Below are positions 37,956-48,161 of a stretch of DNA of 64,000 bases, piece by piece. Within the stretch, counting starts at the first letter, position 1; each line of letters begins with the position of its first letter. The translations under genes and the position numbers were made by a program. The notes under the pieces are model-generated. The model made no database searches, had not been told where the DNA came from, and was given only the letters and a program-made list of their open reading frames with translations. Location: the IMG/VR virus record IMGVR_UViG_3300020442_000005, positions 124,001-188,000 of that record. One strand, 5' to 3'.

Positions 37956-38759
37956 ATGGCTATTGATTTTGATGCAATTCGCAAAAAACTAAACGCTCTT
38001 TCCGGCGCTAACTCGAAACGACGAGTAATGTGGCGTCCACCAGAAGGAGAAACTGTCAACGTACGTATTATCGGATTTACAGATAATGACGGTAATCCTT
38101 TTAAGGAACGTTGGTTTTACTACAACATCGGCAATAATCCAGGTCTTCTTACTCCTCACCAATTTGGCAAGCCAGATCCTATTCAAGAGTTGATTCAAAA
38201 CTTGAAATCAGAAGGCACCAAGGAATCTTACGAAATGGCTAAAAAGCTGTATCCTAAGATGCGTACATATGCTGCAGTTATTGTACGCGGAGAGGAAAGT
38301 GAAGGAGTTCGACTTTGGGCATTCGGTAAAACTGTTTATCAGTCATTACTAAATATCATGCTCGATCCGGATTATGGCGATATTACAGATATCCATGAAG
38401 GTCACGATATTAAGGTAACATGTACAAAGCAACCTGGAAAAATGTTTGCAATGACTGACGTAATGCCGAGACCAAAGGCAACTGCGTTAGGTACAAAAGA
38501 TCAAATCAAAAATTGGACTTCTGATATTCCAAACTTAGATGACATCTACAGCCTTAAAACATACGAGCAACTTGAAAACATTATTAACGCCTGGTTAAAT
38601 GGCGACAATGAAGAAGATGGCGACGACGAACCAACTCAACGAGAGCAGGTAAAAACTTCAACGCCACCTAAATCAAAAACTCGTGGGCCAACAAACAAGA
38701 GCTACGGAGATAATATCGACGATGCTTTTGCAGATCTAGATCAAGACCTAGGCTTCTAA
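37956..38759 (+). CDS. Single-stranded DNA-binding protein, gp32-like
   Basis: Motifs WRP...VRII...NPFKE, GVRLWAFGKTVYQ and DYGDITDIHEGHDI; acidic C-terminal tail. Confidence 0.85.
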   Translation: MAIDFDAIRKKLNALSGANSKRRVMWRPPEGETVNVRIIGFTDNDGNPFKERWFYYNIGNNPGLLTPHQFGKPDPIQELIQNLKSEGTKESYEMAKKLYPKMRTYAAVIVRGEESEGVRLWAFGKTVYQSLLNIMLDPDYGDITDIHEGHDIKVTCTKQPGKMFAMTDVMPRPKATALGTKDQIKNWTSDIPNLDDIYSLKTYEQLENIINAWLNGDNEEDGDDEPTQREQVKTSTPPKSKTRGPTNKSYGDNIDDAFADLDQDLGF

Positions 38760-38783
38760 GATCAAAGGCTATAGTGACCGCAT

Positions 38784-38811
38784 GAAAGGGAGATTTATTC
38801 TCCCTTTCTTT
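38784..38811 (+). terminator. Terminator hairpin GAAAGGGAGA-TTTAT-TCTCCCTTTC
   Basis: Perfect 10-bp stem followed by Ts. Confidence 0.8.
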
Positions 38812-38838
38812 GTAAATAGAGCTTTGTATGAGTAATAT
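38810..38838 (+). promoter_or_regulatory. Promoter TTGTAA-N17-TAATAT
   Basis: 17-bp spacing; upstream of the recombinase. Confidence 0.7.
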
Positions 38839-38871
38839 AGTTATACTAAAATTAGATTAAGGAGATTAGTT

Positions 38872-40068
38872 ATGGCAAAAAAGAACAAGGAACAAGATTT
38901 TACTTCGGACCTTATTAAATCTTTGAATAAAGACCACGGCGCACGCGTTGCATACAATTTATCTGTTGATGATTCGCCAACACATGTTGATCGATGGGTA
39001 TCGACAGGTTGTCATCAGCTTGACTACATTGTTTCTGGTCGACCAAACGGTGGATTGCCAGTAGGTAGAATTGTTGAAATCTTTGGTCCACCATCAATTG
39101 GAAAATCACACATCGCAATACAAATTGCAAAACACACGCAGGAAATGGGCGGGATCGTAGTATATATTGATACTGAAAACGCAACATCAGTCGATAATTT
39201 GGCGTTGTTAGGAGTTGATATTTCGAAGAGATTCGTATACGTCGACACCCATTGTACGGAAGAGGTACTAAGCATTGCAGAAAAAACTATTGTGAAAGCA
39301 AAAGCACTGCAAAAAGATGTACCTATTACGATTATTTGGGACTCCGTTGCTGCTACATCACCAAAAGATGAGTTGTTAGGAGACTACGACAAGCAAACTA
39401 TAGGACTGAATGCCCGCGTTATCTCAAAAGGAATGAGAAAAATTACAGGAATCATTGCAAATGAAAAAGTTTTATTTATTTGCTTAAATCAAATCAGAAC
39501 TAAAGTTGGAGTTATGTATGGAGATCCTACTACTACACCCGGGGGTAAGGCAATCCCTTTTCACTCGTCTGTACGAATCAAATTGGGAGCAGGACAACAA
39601 ATCAAAGACAAAAAGGGTAACATTATTGGGATTAATGTTTCGGCGAAAACGATAAAAAATAAAGTAGCTCCTCCGTTTCGTACTGTTAATTTCGAAATTC
39701 ATTTCGGAAAAGGCGTATATGAACACGAGCAAGCCTTTGATGTTCTTCGTAGATTCTGTAAAGACAATGGGCCAGTTTCCTTTGGTCCATATCAAATCAC
39801 TGTTGAAGGAACTGGAGCTTGGAAGACATTAATTGTCGTAGAAGAAAAGACCGGTGAAACCAAAATAGAGAAAAAGTTTTATAAGACTGATTTTGGCGAA
39901 GTATGGCAAGACGATCAGTATAAGCCTTATGTAAACGCAGTATTTTGCGCCGCATATGCAGATATAGTCGGAGATTCATTTAAATCTGCGGATATTAGTG
40001 CTGATTCGTACGAAGAAATGCGACAGATATCAATGGATCTTGGCGATGACTTTGTAGATCCGGAATAA
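38872..40068 (+). CDS. recA: RecA/UvsX recombinase
   Basis: Motifs GGLPVGRIVEIFGPPSIGKS, YIDTE, IIWDSVAA and NQIRTKVGVMYGDPTTTPGGKAIPFHSSVR. Confidence 0.95.
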   Translation: MAKKNKEQDFTSDLIKSLNKDHGARVAYNLSVDDSPTHVDRWVSTGCHQLDYIVSGRPNGGLPVGRIVEIFGPPSIGKSHIAIQIAKHTQEMGGIVVYIDTENATSVDNLALLGVDISKRFVYVDTHCTEEVLSIAEKTIVKAKALQKDVPITIIWDSVAATSPKDELLGDYDKQTIGLNARVISKGMRKITGIIANEKVLFICLNQIRTKVGVMYGDPTTTPGGKAIPFHSSVRIKLGAGQQIKDKKGNIIGINVSAKTIKNKVAPPFRTVNFEIHFGKGVYEHEQAFDVLRRFCKDNGPVSFGPYQITVEGTGAWKTLIVVEEKTGETKIEKKFYKTDFGEVWQDDQYKPYVNAVFCAAYADIVGDSFKSADISADSYEEMRQISMDLGDDFVDPE

Positions 40069-40092
40069 AGCAAATTTATAATTCACATTACT

Positions 40093-40121
40093 GTGTGAAT
40101 CCATAAAAAACTTATTAAATT
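40093..40121 (+). promoter_or_regulatory. Promoter GTGTGA-N17-TAAATT
   Basis: The same two hexamers and spacing recur at 58101. Confidence 0.55.
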
Positions 40122-40149
40122 ATAATATAACTAGTTTCCTGGGGGGAAA

Positions 40150-41115
40150 ATGACTGATGGACCTATTCTTTTAATCGATGCTTACAATGTTTTTGCACGC
40201 GCGTACTGTGTTGTGCCACTGATGTCGTCACACGGGCATCATTTGGGCGGAACAATTGGATTTATGAAATCATTATCAATGTATATTGAAAAATTTAAGC
40301 CTTCTCGCGTAATTGTGTGTTGGGAAGGAGGCGGTTCAGCCAGAAGAAGACAAATTCTTCCAGAATACAAACTGAATCGTAAACCCATTAAGTTAAACCG
40401 ATCGGATATCTATGAGGATATACCAGATACGGCCGAAAATTTTAATTATCAAGTTGCTTTACTCACGAATCTGTTAAAACACATTCCAGTTCAACAAGTT
40501 TACGTCGGAGAATGTGAAGCTGATGATATTATCGGATATATTTGCCGATATGAGGTACCAGACCAAGAAAAGATCATTGTTTCTATGGATCAAGATCTTC
40601 ATCAGCTGTTATCTCACAACGTTGTGCAATATTCTCCGGCATCTAAAAAAATGTTAGACCAGAATTATGTTCTAGAAAGATATGGAGTAAGTACAGAAAA
40701 TTTTATTACTGCAAGATGCTTTATTGGTGATAGTTCTGACGGTATATCAGGCATAAAAGGTTGTGGTTTTAAGTCATTAGTAAAACGTTTTCCAGAACTA
40801 AAAAGTCCGGAGTTTGTTAGCGTCGACGACATAATTAAATTGTGCGAAACAAGAAACGAACAGAAAAGCTACAGTATGTTTCGAAACATTCTTGCTCAAC
40901 CTGACATACCTAGAAGAAACTGGAAACTCATGTACTTAGACAATTCGAATCTATCAGCAGAACATGTAAAAAAACTTAAATATTCTGTACAAAACTATGA
41001 ATTGAGTAAAAATAAGTTTAATCTTATAAAGGATCTAGTTTCTGAAGGTCTAGACATGCCACGCGGATTTGACGTGGACAGACTATATCTTCGCATTAAT
41101 TCTTGTATCAAATAA
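40150..41115 (+). CDS. 5'-3' exonuclease/flap endonuclease (T4 RNase H / PolI N-terminal type)
   Basis: Motifs LLIDAYN, PEYKLNR, EADDIIG, SMDQDLHQL and GDSSDGISGIKGCG. Confidence 0.93.
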   Translation: MTDGPILLIDAYNVFARAYCVVPLMSSHGHHLGGTIGFMKSLSMYIEKFKPSRVIVCWEGGGSARRRQILPEYKLNRKPIKLNRSDIYEDIPDTAENFNYQVALLTNLLKHIPVQQVYVGECEADDIIGYICRYEVPDQEKIIVSMDQDLHQLLSHNVVQYSPASKKMLDQNYVLERYGVSTENFITARCFIGDSSDGISGIKGCGFKSLVKRFPELKSPEFVSVDDIIKLCETRNEQKSYSMFRNILAQPDIPRRNWKLMYLDNSNLSAEHVKKLKYSVQNYELSKNKFNLIKDLVSEGLDMPRGFDVDRLYLRINSCIK

Positions 41116-41127
41116 CCAGAGGTAAAA

Positions 41128-42549
41128 ATGGGTAGTGTAAAAGTTGCTGCAGCAGTGGCAAATACCAACTTTAGTATGATCGGCTATGGAAAGGCCTTTC
41201 AAGAAAAAATATTTCAAGGCATGGCAACAGATAAAGAATGGGCTCAGCAAATGCATGAGGTGATGAGTCCGGAATATTTTGATTTAAAATATCTGCAATA
41301 TCTAACTAGTCATTATTTCAAGTATTTCGATGATTACAGATGTTTTCCCACCATGCAGCTTCTTATTCAGATAGTAAGGGACGAACTTGCCAGCGATACG
41401 GCTGATCAAATGCTCAAAGATCAGATCGTTGCTTTCCTTCAAAGAATGAGAATGAATCAGCATCCGGAAGATCTGCCTTATGTAAAAGAAAAATCTTTAC
41501 AGTTTTGCAAAAGACAAGCTTTTAAAGAAGCGTTAACTAATGCTGTTGAGCTAGTCCAGGGAGAACAGTTCGAGGAAGTAGTCGATTTGATGCGAACCGC
41601 TGTTTCTGTTGGAATGCCTCAGTCGATCGGTCACGAGTTCTTTAACGATGTTGAAGCTAGATTCCAGGAGATAACAAGGATCACAACGCCAACTGGAATC
41701 CCGGAGCTAGATCAGAAAGATGTCCTAGATGGTGGCCTTGGCCGCGGAGAGCTTGGTGTAGTAGTTGCACCAACCGGTGTTGGGAAATCACACTGGCTTG
41801 TAAATATGGGAGCCGAAGCATTGCGTCGAGGAAAGACTGTTGTTCATTATACTTTTGAACTCTCAGAAACACTAACCGGTAAAAGATATGATGCTAACAT
41901 TACTGACATTCCAGTCTCTGACTTGATTGACAAAAAAGAAGAAGTTCTTAGGCACTATGAAGATAACGAATATGGAAATTTGATTATCAAGTATTATCCT
42001 TGCAGATCTGCAAGCGTCAATACAATTAGAAACCACCTAGAAAAACTAAAATTGCGAAACTACACTCCTTCAGTCGTAATAATCGATTATGCCGACGTCA
42101 TGAAATCAACAAAGTCTTACGATGCTTTGCGATTAGAATTACAACTTATCTATGAAGAGTTAAGACAACTGGCGGCTGATTTTAACGTACCTGTTTGGAC
42201 AGCTTCTCAATCTAATCGATCAGGCGCTAACGCAGACATGGTTGGTTTAGAAAACATGGGAGAGTCTTATGGTAAAGCGCAAGTGTCAGACGTCGTGCTT
42301 GGATTGAGCAGAAAACCTGAGGAAAAAGCGACTGGCTATGCAAGACTTTTTGTTGCCAAAAATAGAGCTGGAATGGATGGCATTAATATGGTCATCAAAA
42401 TCGACACAGCGAAGTCAACCTTTAAGACCGTCTCGGCAGACGAAAAAGAAGAATATGATATATTGACGAATCCAAAAGAAAAAATGAAACAAATATGGAA
42501 TAAAGTCCAGACAGCAAAAAAGGAGTTAAACAATGGCCAGACGACGTGA
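41128..42549 (+). CDS. Replicative DnaB-family helicase (gp41-like)
   Basis: Walker A APTGVGKS; IIDYAD; WTASQSNR; KNRAG. Confidence 0.93.
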   Translation: MGSVKVAAAVANTNFSMIGYGKAFQEKIFQGMATDKEWAQQMHEVMSPEYFDLKYLQYLTSHYFKYFDDYRCFPTMQLLIQIVRDELASDTADQMLKDQIVAFLQRMRMNQHPEDLPYVKEKSLQFCKRQAFKEALTNAVELVQGEQFEEVVDLMRTAVSVGMPQSIGHEFFNDVEARFQEITRITTPTGIPELDQKDVLDGGLGRGELGVVVAPTGVGKSHWLVNMGAEALRRGKTVVHYTFELSETLTGKRYDANITDIPVSDLIDKKEEVLRHYEDNEYGNLIIKYYPCRSASVNTIRNHLEKLKLRNYTPSVVIIDYADVMKSTKSYDALRLELQLIYEELRQLAADFNVPVWTASQSNRSGANADMVGLENMGESYGKAQVSDVVLGLSRKPEEKATGYARLFVAKNRAGMDGINMVIKIDTAKSTFKTVSADEKEEYDILTNPKEKMKQIWNKVQTAKKELNNGQTT

Positions 42550-45040
42550 TGAATACACGCACGATGATGTATATGCAGCAACACTTGATTATTTCAATGG
42601 TGACACCCTAGCTACAAGCGTTTTTGTAAACAAGTACGCGTTGCAAGATGAAGACGGAAATTTTAAAGAATTATCACCAAATGACATGCATAAACGTTTG
42701 GCAACCGAATTTGCAAGGATTGAATCCAAATATCCTAATTCAATGTCTAGACATGAAATATTTGGATTGTTTAAAGATTTTAAATATGTAGTGCCGCAAG
42801 GTTCACCCATGAGCGGAATTGGAAATGAAGCAAAAATACAATCTTTATCGAACTGCTTTGTTGTTGAATCCCCCGCTGATTCTTACGCGGGAATTCTTAA
42901 GACAGATCAAGAGCAAGTTCAAATTATGAAACGTAGAGGCGGTGTTGGATTTGACATTTCCACCATCCGTCCTAAAGGCATGCCAACCTCAAATGCTGCC
43001 AAAACTACCGATGGCATCGAAGTATTTATGGATCGATTCTCTAACTCTTGCCGTGAGGTTGCGCAAGGAGGTCGTAGAGGAGCTTTGATGCTTTCCATAT
43101 CAGTTCATCATCCTCAAGTTATGGACTTCATTAGGATTAAAAGAGATCTTAAAAAAGTGACAGGCGCAAATATATCCGTTCGAGTTTCTGATGAGTTCAT
43201 GAATGCTGTAAAGAACAACGAGTCATATGTACAACGATGGCCTGTTGATTCTAAAGATCCTGAAATTAAGAGCACTGCTGATGCCACCGAAGTTTGGAAC
43301 GAACTAATTGAAGGCGCACATGCATCAGCGGAGCCGGGTGTTCTTTTTTGGGACACTGCGACACGTATGACTCCATCAGACGCATATACTGATGACGGAT
43401 TTGGTTCTGTGTCGACCAATCCCTGTGGAGAGATTATTCTTTCTCCATACGACAGCTGTCGACTAATGTTGGTAAATCTTACTTCGTTTGTAAAAGATCC
43501 ATGGACTGAAAATGCCGAGTTTGATTATGGGCATTTTCGATCAATTGCCAGAAAGGCTCAGCGTCTTATGGATGATATGATCGATTTAGAGGTTGAGCAA
43601 ATCGATAAAATCCTGGCAAAAATTGATAAGGACCCTGAGACTGATGAAGTAAAGTATTACGAAAGAAGTTTGTGGCACCAGATTAGACAAGTTGCTTTAA
43701 AGGGAAGAAGAACAGGTCTAGGAGTTACGGGCCTTGGTGATGCCATTGCAATGCTTGGTGAAACCTATGGAGATGAGAAAAGTATTAAAACTACAGAGCA
43801 AATCTACAAATGGCTTTCTCTTGCTTCATATGAAGAGTCAATCCAGCTTGCAAAAGAACGCGGCGCGTTTGAGATATTTGATCATGAAAAAGAGATTGGT
43901 CACGAATTTTTAACTCGGGTTATTGATGAATTGACTCCAGAGGTACAAGACGATTATCGTGTATATGGTCGACGCAACATTGCGAACACAACAACAGCTC
44001 CTGCAGGTTCAGTCTCCTGCCTCACTCAAACAACATCTGGAATTGAGCCGGCTTTTATGCTTCATTACACGCGTCGTAAGAAAGTGCAGAACGATGAAGA
44101 AGTAATGTTTGTTGATGACTTGGGTGATGAGTGGACAGAGTTTACTGTTTATCACCATGGATTTAAACAATGGATAGACGCCTCGGAAGATCCTAATATT
44201 GAACAGATCAGTACTGAAAACTTGGTACAGATGAGCCCTTATGCAGGTGCTACAGCCAATGAAATAGATTGGCGAGCAAAAGTAAAACTGCAGTCAGTTG
44301 CACAAAAGTGGATCTGTCATGCCATCTCAAACACTACAAATCTTCCAAGTGACATTGACGTAGACACAGTGAAAGATATCTACATGATGGGTTGGGAGTT
44401 AGGCTGTAAAGGAGTGACGGTTTATCGCGATGGGTCTAGATCTGGAGTTCTTATTTCGGACGACGATAAAAAAGAACAAAAGCCTAAACTTGAGGATGGT
44501 AGACACGCGCCAAAAAGGCCTGAGACTCTAGAGTGTGAAATACATAACACATCAGTAAAAGGCGAACGTTGGGTGATTTTAGTCGGGTTATTAGATGGTA
44601 AGCCATATGAAGTGATTGGCGGACAAGCAGATATGATCGAAATACCAAAAAAATACACAAGCGGTAAACTAACAAAGAGGTGTTTTAAAACTCAGCCAAA
44701 CAAATACGATTTAGCATTTGGAGAAGAGGGAGACGAAGTAATTGTTAAGGACGTAGTTTCAGTTTTTGATAATCCAAATTATGCAGGATACACACGCACC
44801 ATATCTCTAGCGTTACGCCATGGGGTTCAAGTCCAATACTTGGTAGAGCAAATGCAAAAGGATAAAGAAATGGATATGTTTTCATTTTCAAAATCTATTG
44901 CGCGTTGTCTTAAAAAATACATTGCCGACGGTTCAAAAGCAACGGTAAGTGTTTGTACAAACTGCGGTGCAGAGAATACAATAATATACCAAGAAGGTTG
45001 CCAAACTTGCACTTCATGCGGCTTTGGCGTTTGCGGATAA
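42533..45040 (+). CDS. nrdJ: Class II (adenosylcobalamin-dependent) ribonucleotide reductase
   Basis: Motifs SNCFV, RRGALM, TNPCGEI and APAGSVS; C-terminal CTNCG...EGCQTCTSCG; no small subunit gene in the window. Confidence 0.88.
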   Translation: MARRRDEYTHDDVYAATLDYFNGDTLATSVFVNKYALQDEDGNFKELSPNDMHKRLATEFARIESKYPNSMSRHEIFGLFKDFKYVVPQGSPMSGIGNEAKIQSLSNCFVVESPADSYAGILKTDQEQVQIMKRRGGVGFDISTIRPKGMPTSNAAKTTDGIEVFMDRFSNSCREVAQGGRRGALMLSISVHHPQVMDFIRIKRDLKKVTGANISVRVSDEFMNAVKNNESYVQRWPVDSKDPEIKSTADATEVWNELIEGAHASAEPGVLFWDTATRMTPSDAYTDDGFGSVSTNPCGEIILSPYDSCRLMLVNLTSFVKDPWTENAEFDYGHFRSIARKAQRLMDDMIDLEVEQIDKILAKIDKDPETDEVKYYERSLWHQIRQVALKGRRTGLGVTGLGDAIAMLGETYGDEKSIKTTEQIYKWLSLASYEESIQLAKERGAFEIFDHEKEIGHEFLTRVIDELTPEVQDDYRVYGRRNIANTTTAPAGSVSCLTQTTSGIEPAFMLHYTRRKKVQNDEEVMFVDDLGDEWTEFTVYHHGFKQWIDASEDPNIEQISTENLVQMSPYAGATANEIDWRAKVKLQSVAQKWICHAISNTTNLPSDIDVDTVKDIYMMGWELGCKGVTVYRDGSRSGVLISDDDKKEQKPKLEDGRHAPKRPETLECEIHNTSVKGERWVILVGLLDGKPYEVIGGQADMIEIPKKYTSGKLTKRCFKTQPNKYDLAFGEEGDEVIVKDVVSVFDNPNYAGYTRTISLALRHGVQVQYLVEQMQKDKEMDMFSFSKSIARCLKKYIADGSKATVSVCTNCGAENTIIYQEGCQTCTSCGFGVCG

Positions 45041-45062
45041 TCAATAAACAAAGGATATAAAA

Positions 45063-45683
45063 ATGCATTGGACAACCAACATCGATCCAAAAGTAAGAGA
45101 ACTAGAATTACGACACAACCCTGTGATGATACGAGTTAATAAATTCACAGAGGAAAGCGCCGCTGAATTTGCAACAAAAATGGCTATGGCACATAACACT
45201 GGACAATCTGTTATCCCGGTCGTTATTGATTCATATGGCGGACAGGTATACAGTCTTATGAGTATGATAAGTTCTATAAATGCCTCAGAAATCCCGGTAG
45301 CAACTATTGTAGAAGGAAAAGCAATGTCCTGTGGAGTAATATTGTTTTCATGCGGCCACGAAGGATTAAGATTTGTCACTCCAGAAGCTACTTTGATGAT
45401 TCACGATGTATCTTCGGGTGCGTTCGGAAAAAACGAGGAAATTCAAGCATCCGCAAAAGAAACAAACCGACTCAATAAAATGATTTATACTATTCTTGCT
45501 GATAACTGCAAAAAACCACGTGATTATTTTACGAAAGAAGTAAAAAGAAGAGGCCGCGCGGATTGGTATGTAACTCCAAACAAAGCTGTGAAAATGGGTT
45601 TAGCAGATCACGTGGGGCTTCCTAAACTTCAAATTGACGTCGACGTACAAATTAATTTAGCAATCCCAGATAAAGATGCATAA
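45063..45683 (+). CDS. clpP: ClpP-family protease
   Basis: Motifs IDSYGG, AMSCG (catalytic Ser), LMIHD (His) and DWY...AVKMGLAD. Confidence 0.88.
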   Translation: MHWTTNIDPKVRELELRHNPVMIRVNKFTEESAAEFATKMAMAHNTGQSVIPVVIDSYGGQVYSLMSMISSINASEIPVATIVEGKAMSCGVILFSCGHEGLRFVTPEATLMIHDVSSGAFGKNEEIQASAKETNRLNKMIYTILADNCKKPRDYFTKEVKRRGRADWYVTPNKAVKMGLADHVGLPKLQIDVDVQINLAIPDKDA

Positions 45684-45706
45684 TTAATAACAATGGAGTT
45701 ATTCGT

Positions 45707-46171
45707 ATGTCGACATCAATTTTAAAATGGGTTCACATGCACAAAGCATACGTGGAGTGGTTTCACTCCGCGCACTTGTTATCAAAGGGATCAAGTTTTG
45801 CTGGTGACCATGTAAATCTTTATGGAAAAATATACCAAGAAGCTTTTGAGCAATACGACGGTATTATAGAACGTGTGATTGGTATTACAAACAACGAAGA
45901 TTGCGCCTGTCCATCTAGTATCAATATGGGTGCATTGGGTATTTTACAAAAGTACCCATCTCCATCAAACGTTCCTGCCTTGAATATTGCTACGTCTGCA
46001 TTGCAGCTCAACAAAGACTATTGTCATTTTTTGAATGACCTTGTTTTAAATCTTAGGCAATCAGGAAAAATTACTTTGGGAACAGAAGATTTAATCGCTG
46101 GAACATGTAATACTATTGAAGGGTATACTTATTTGTTGCAGCAACGCGTCAAAGAATCAATTGGAGTTTAA
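45707..46171 (+). CDS. Dps/ferritin-like protein
   Basis: HSAHLLSKGSSFAGDH...Y...YDGIIER matches the Dps ferroxidase signature; late-type motif at 45680. Confidence 0.75.
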   Translation: MSTSILKWVHMHKAYVEWFHSAHLLSKGSSFAGDHVNLYGKIYQEAFEQYDGIIERVIGITNNEDCACPSSINMGALGILQKYPSPSNVPALNIATSALQLNKDYCHFLNDLVLNLRQSGKITLGTEDLIAGTCNTIEGYTYLLQQRVKESIGV

Positions 46172-46172
46172 A

Positions 46173-46574
46173 ATGAAAATATCAAAAAGACAACTTAAGA
46201 GAATCATCAGAGAAGAATACTCACGCCTCAAGAGTCAAGGACTTATCAACGAAATGTCGGGTGTTGCATTTCCAGATCCGGAATTAGAGCAAGATACTCC
46301 GTATGATCGACTTATGGATGGTGCAGAAAATGAACCATACGATGGATACGTAGAAAAAATGGCACTTGCCCATGTTGAGAGCCAAGCTGGTAGATTAAAC
46401 TTTGATGAATATGCAGACTTTGCTTGGGATTATGGATACCGAACTGATGACGACTTAGATCAACTTGAAGAATGGTGGGAAGCAGCAATCGAGGAAAGTC
46501 GTGGTTATTCCTTCCGCGATTCTTTTGGCGATGGATATGGCCCTGGAGAGCGAAGACCGACAAGGCGAAGATAA
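46173..46574 (+). CDS. Leader-family protein, long leader (MKISKRQLKRIIREEYSRLKSQGLINE), acidic cargo
   Basis: Start reassigned to ATG 46173 (SD GGAG); late-type motif at 46125. Confidence 0.75.
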   Translation: MKISKRQLKRIIREEYSRLKSQGLINEMSGVAFPDPELEQDTPYDRLMDGAENEPYDGYVEKMALAHVESQAGRLNFDEYADFAWDYGYRTDDDLDQLEEWWEAAIEESRGYSFRDSFGDGYGPGERRPTRRR

Positions 46575-46951
46575 TGAAAATTACAAGAAGAAAATTAAAG
46601 CAGATTATCGAATCCGTTATGAACGAAGCTGTTCAAGATCCAGAATATGACAGAGAATATGACCTTGTTCAAAATAACATTAAAACACAACGTGGTTTTC
46701 TAGGATTTGCAATGCGAAGTTTGGAATCTAGTTATGGAAATCGATTTTATAATCATGGAAGGGGCAACATTGGAATATATCTTACACTTATAGGACAACA
46801 CGTAAGAGATGGACAAGACTCAAGAGGTGGCACCGTCGAAGGTCATATCGCATCAATAGAAGGCAAGCTCGCAGAATATCCCGATCTTCTCACACCAGCA
46901 GGGCGAGGACGACTGGATGCGTTGCTGGACCACTTAAAACAAAACTATTAA
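46574..46951 (+). CDS. Leader-family protein (MKITRRKLKQIIESVMNEA)
   Basis: Start reassigned to the TAATG overlap at 46574. Confidence 0.75.
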   Translation: MKITRRKLKQIIESVMNEAVQDPEYDREYDLVQNNIKTQRGFLGFAMRSLESSYGNRFYNHGRGNIGIYLTLIGQHVRDGQDSRGGTVEGHIASIEGKLAEYPDLLTPAGRGRLDALLDHLKQNY

Positions 46952-46965
46952 TCAGGGGAAAACGA

Positions 46966-47232
46966 ATGAAAATTACAAGAGCAAAATTAAAGCGGATTAT
47001 TCGTGAAGAAAAAGCACGCATTTTCGAGATGCATCACGGGCGTCCTCATGGAGATTTGGATAGTCTCGTTGAAGACACTCTTGAATATATTTCAGATGGT
47101 GCCTTTTCTAATGGTATGCAGATAGTACAATATGTTCGAGATGCAGGTCGCGATTATGGCCTTTCTGCAAGTGATCAGGATAAAGCAATTGCAAGAATTA
47201 TTAACGGTATGATGGCTGGCCCAAGATTTTAG
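46966..47232 (+). CDS. Leader-family protein (MKITRAKLKRIIREEKARIFE)
   Basis: Shared leader; small helical cargo. Confidence 0.75.
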   Translation: MKITRAKLKRIIREEKARIFEMHHGRPHGDLDSLVEDTLEYISDGAFSNGMQIVQYVRDAGRDYGLSASDQDKAIARIINGMMAGPRF

Positions 47233-47241
47233 GAAAATAAA

Positions 47242-47757
47242 ATGAAAATATCAAAAAGACAGCTTAAGAAGATAATACAAGAAGAATACATCGCCTTGAA
47301 AAGACAGGGTTTAATTACTGAATACGGTCTTGGCGATGAGTTTGACGGAATGCGCAATCCAGGCAGACGTGCACAAGATAGATCTATACCCGGAAGTATT
47401 GCTCGGGTTGATTGGATTAAACTCCACCATGACCCTTATTATGATAATAACCCACCAGAATGGCTCGGAAACCCAAAAGAAGAGTTGGATGCATTCCTTG
47501 ACTTAATAATTTCTGCCGAGCTTGAGAATGTACTGGATGGCTTAGGAATGTCAGAACTATATAGACCAGCGATGGATGAGATCGACTACGAAGGAATTTT
47601 CCACGGCGGCAAAACAATCATGAAAATACTTGAAAATGTTTTTCCTTATTCTGATGGTTCATATTTATACAGAGCCTTAGAAAGATGGGCTGCTGAGCAT
47701 ACAAGTTCAGGAAAAATACATTCTGGCGAAATCCGGTATACCCAGCCGCAGAGATGA
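47242..47757 (+). CDS. Leader-family protein, long leader (MKISKRQLKKIIQEEYIALKRQGLITE)
   Basis: Shared leader; unique cargo. Confidence 0.75.
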   Translation: MKISKRQLKKIIQEEYIALKRQGLITEYGLGDEFDGMRNPGRRAQDRSIPGSIARVDWIKLHHDPYYDNNPPEWLGNPKEELDAFLDLIISAELENVLDGLGMSELYRPAMDEIDYEGIFHGGKTIMKILENVFPYSDGSYLYRALERWAAEHTSSGKIHSGEIRYTQPQR

Positions 47758-48161
47758 TAAACGTAATGAGCAAGATATTAACAAAAGCCTTTTGGGATTC
47801 TGTATGGAATTGGTGTAAGATCAACTGGAAATTTCTTGTTGGTTTTGCAATACCCTGTATTTTGCTGATTGCGGTTAATAGACGTAAGGCATTCAAGTTG
47901 CTTGAAAAAGGCATTGAGTTCCGTAATCAACAGTTAGATGTAGCACAGAGAGCTTCGGATCTCGAGTCCGATGGGAAGGTCAAGAACGCTAAGGAATTTG
48001 CTGATCGTGTAGAGGAGGTGACAACCAGACACGAGGAGGCTCTTCGCAAGCTTGGTGAAAACGTCCAAGACCGGCGTGAAGAATTGGGTGGGTCTGATGC
48101 TGCTGTTGTAACGGACGCTTTGGCGGATCGCTTTAATTTGAAGAATGGAGACAACAAGTGA
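47754..48161 (+). CDS. Membrane-anchored coiled-coil protein, possible i-spanin
   Basis: N-terminal TM segment (FLVGFAIPCILLIAV) followed by a coiled coil; near the endolysin. Confidence 0.45.
   Translation: MINVMSKILTKAFWDSVWNWCKINWKFLVGFAIPCILLIAVNRRKAFKLLEKGIEFRNQQLDVAQRASDLESDGKVKNAKEFADRVEEVTTRHEEALRKLGENVQDRREELGGSDAAVVTDALADRFNLKNGDNK

Noticed and set aside
46472-46573. Trp-rich N-terminal extension of ORF 46472 and similar extensions at 9520, 46116, 10504 and 56954
   Set aside because: These are artefacts of longest-ORF calling. The better starts are downstream, at SD-supported or stop-coupled ATGs.
46173-47757. Leader as a Sec/Tat signal peptide
   Set aside because: The basic N-region is not followed by a hydrophobic core; it is an amphipathic charged helix ending in Glu.
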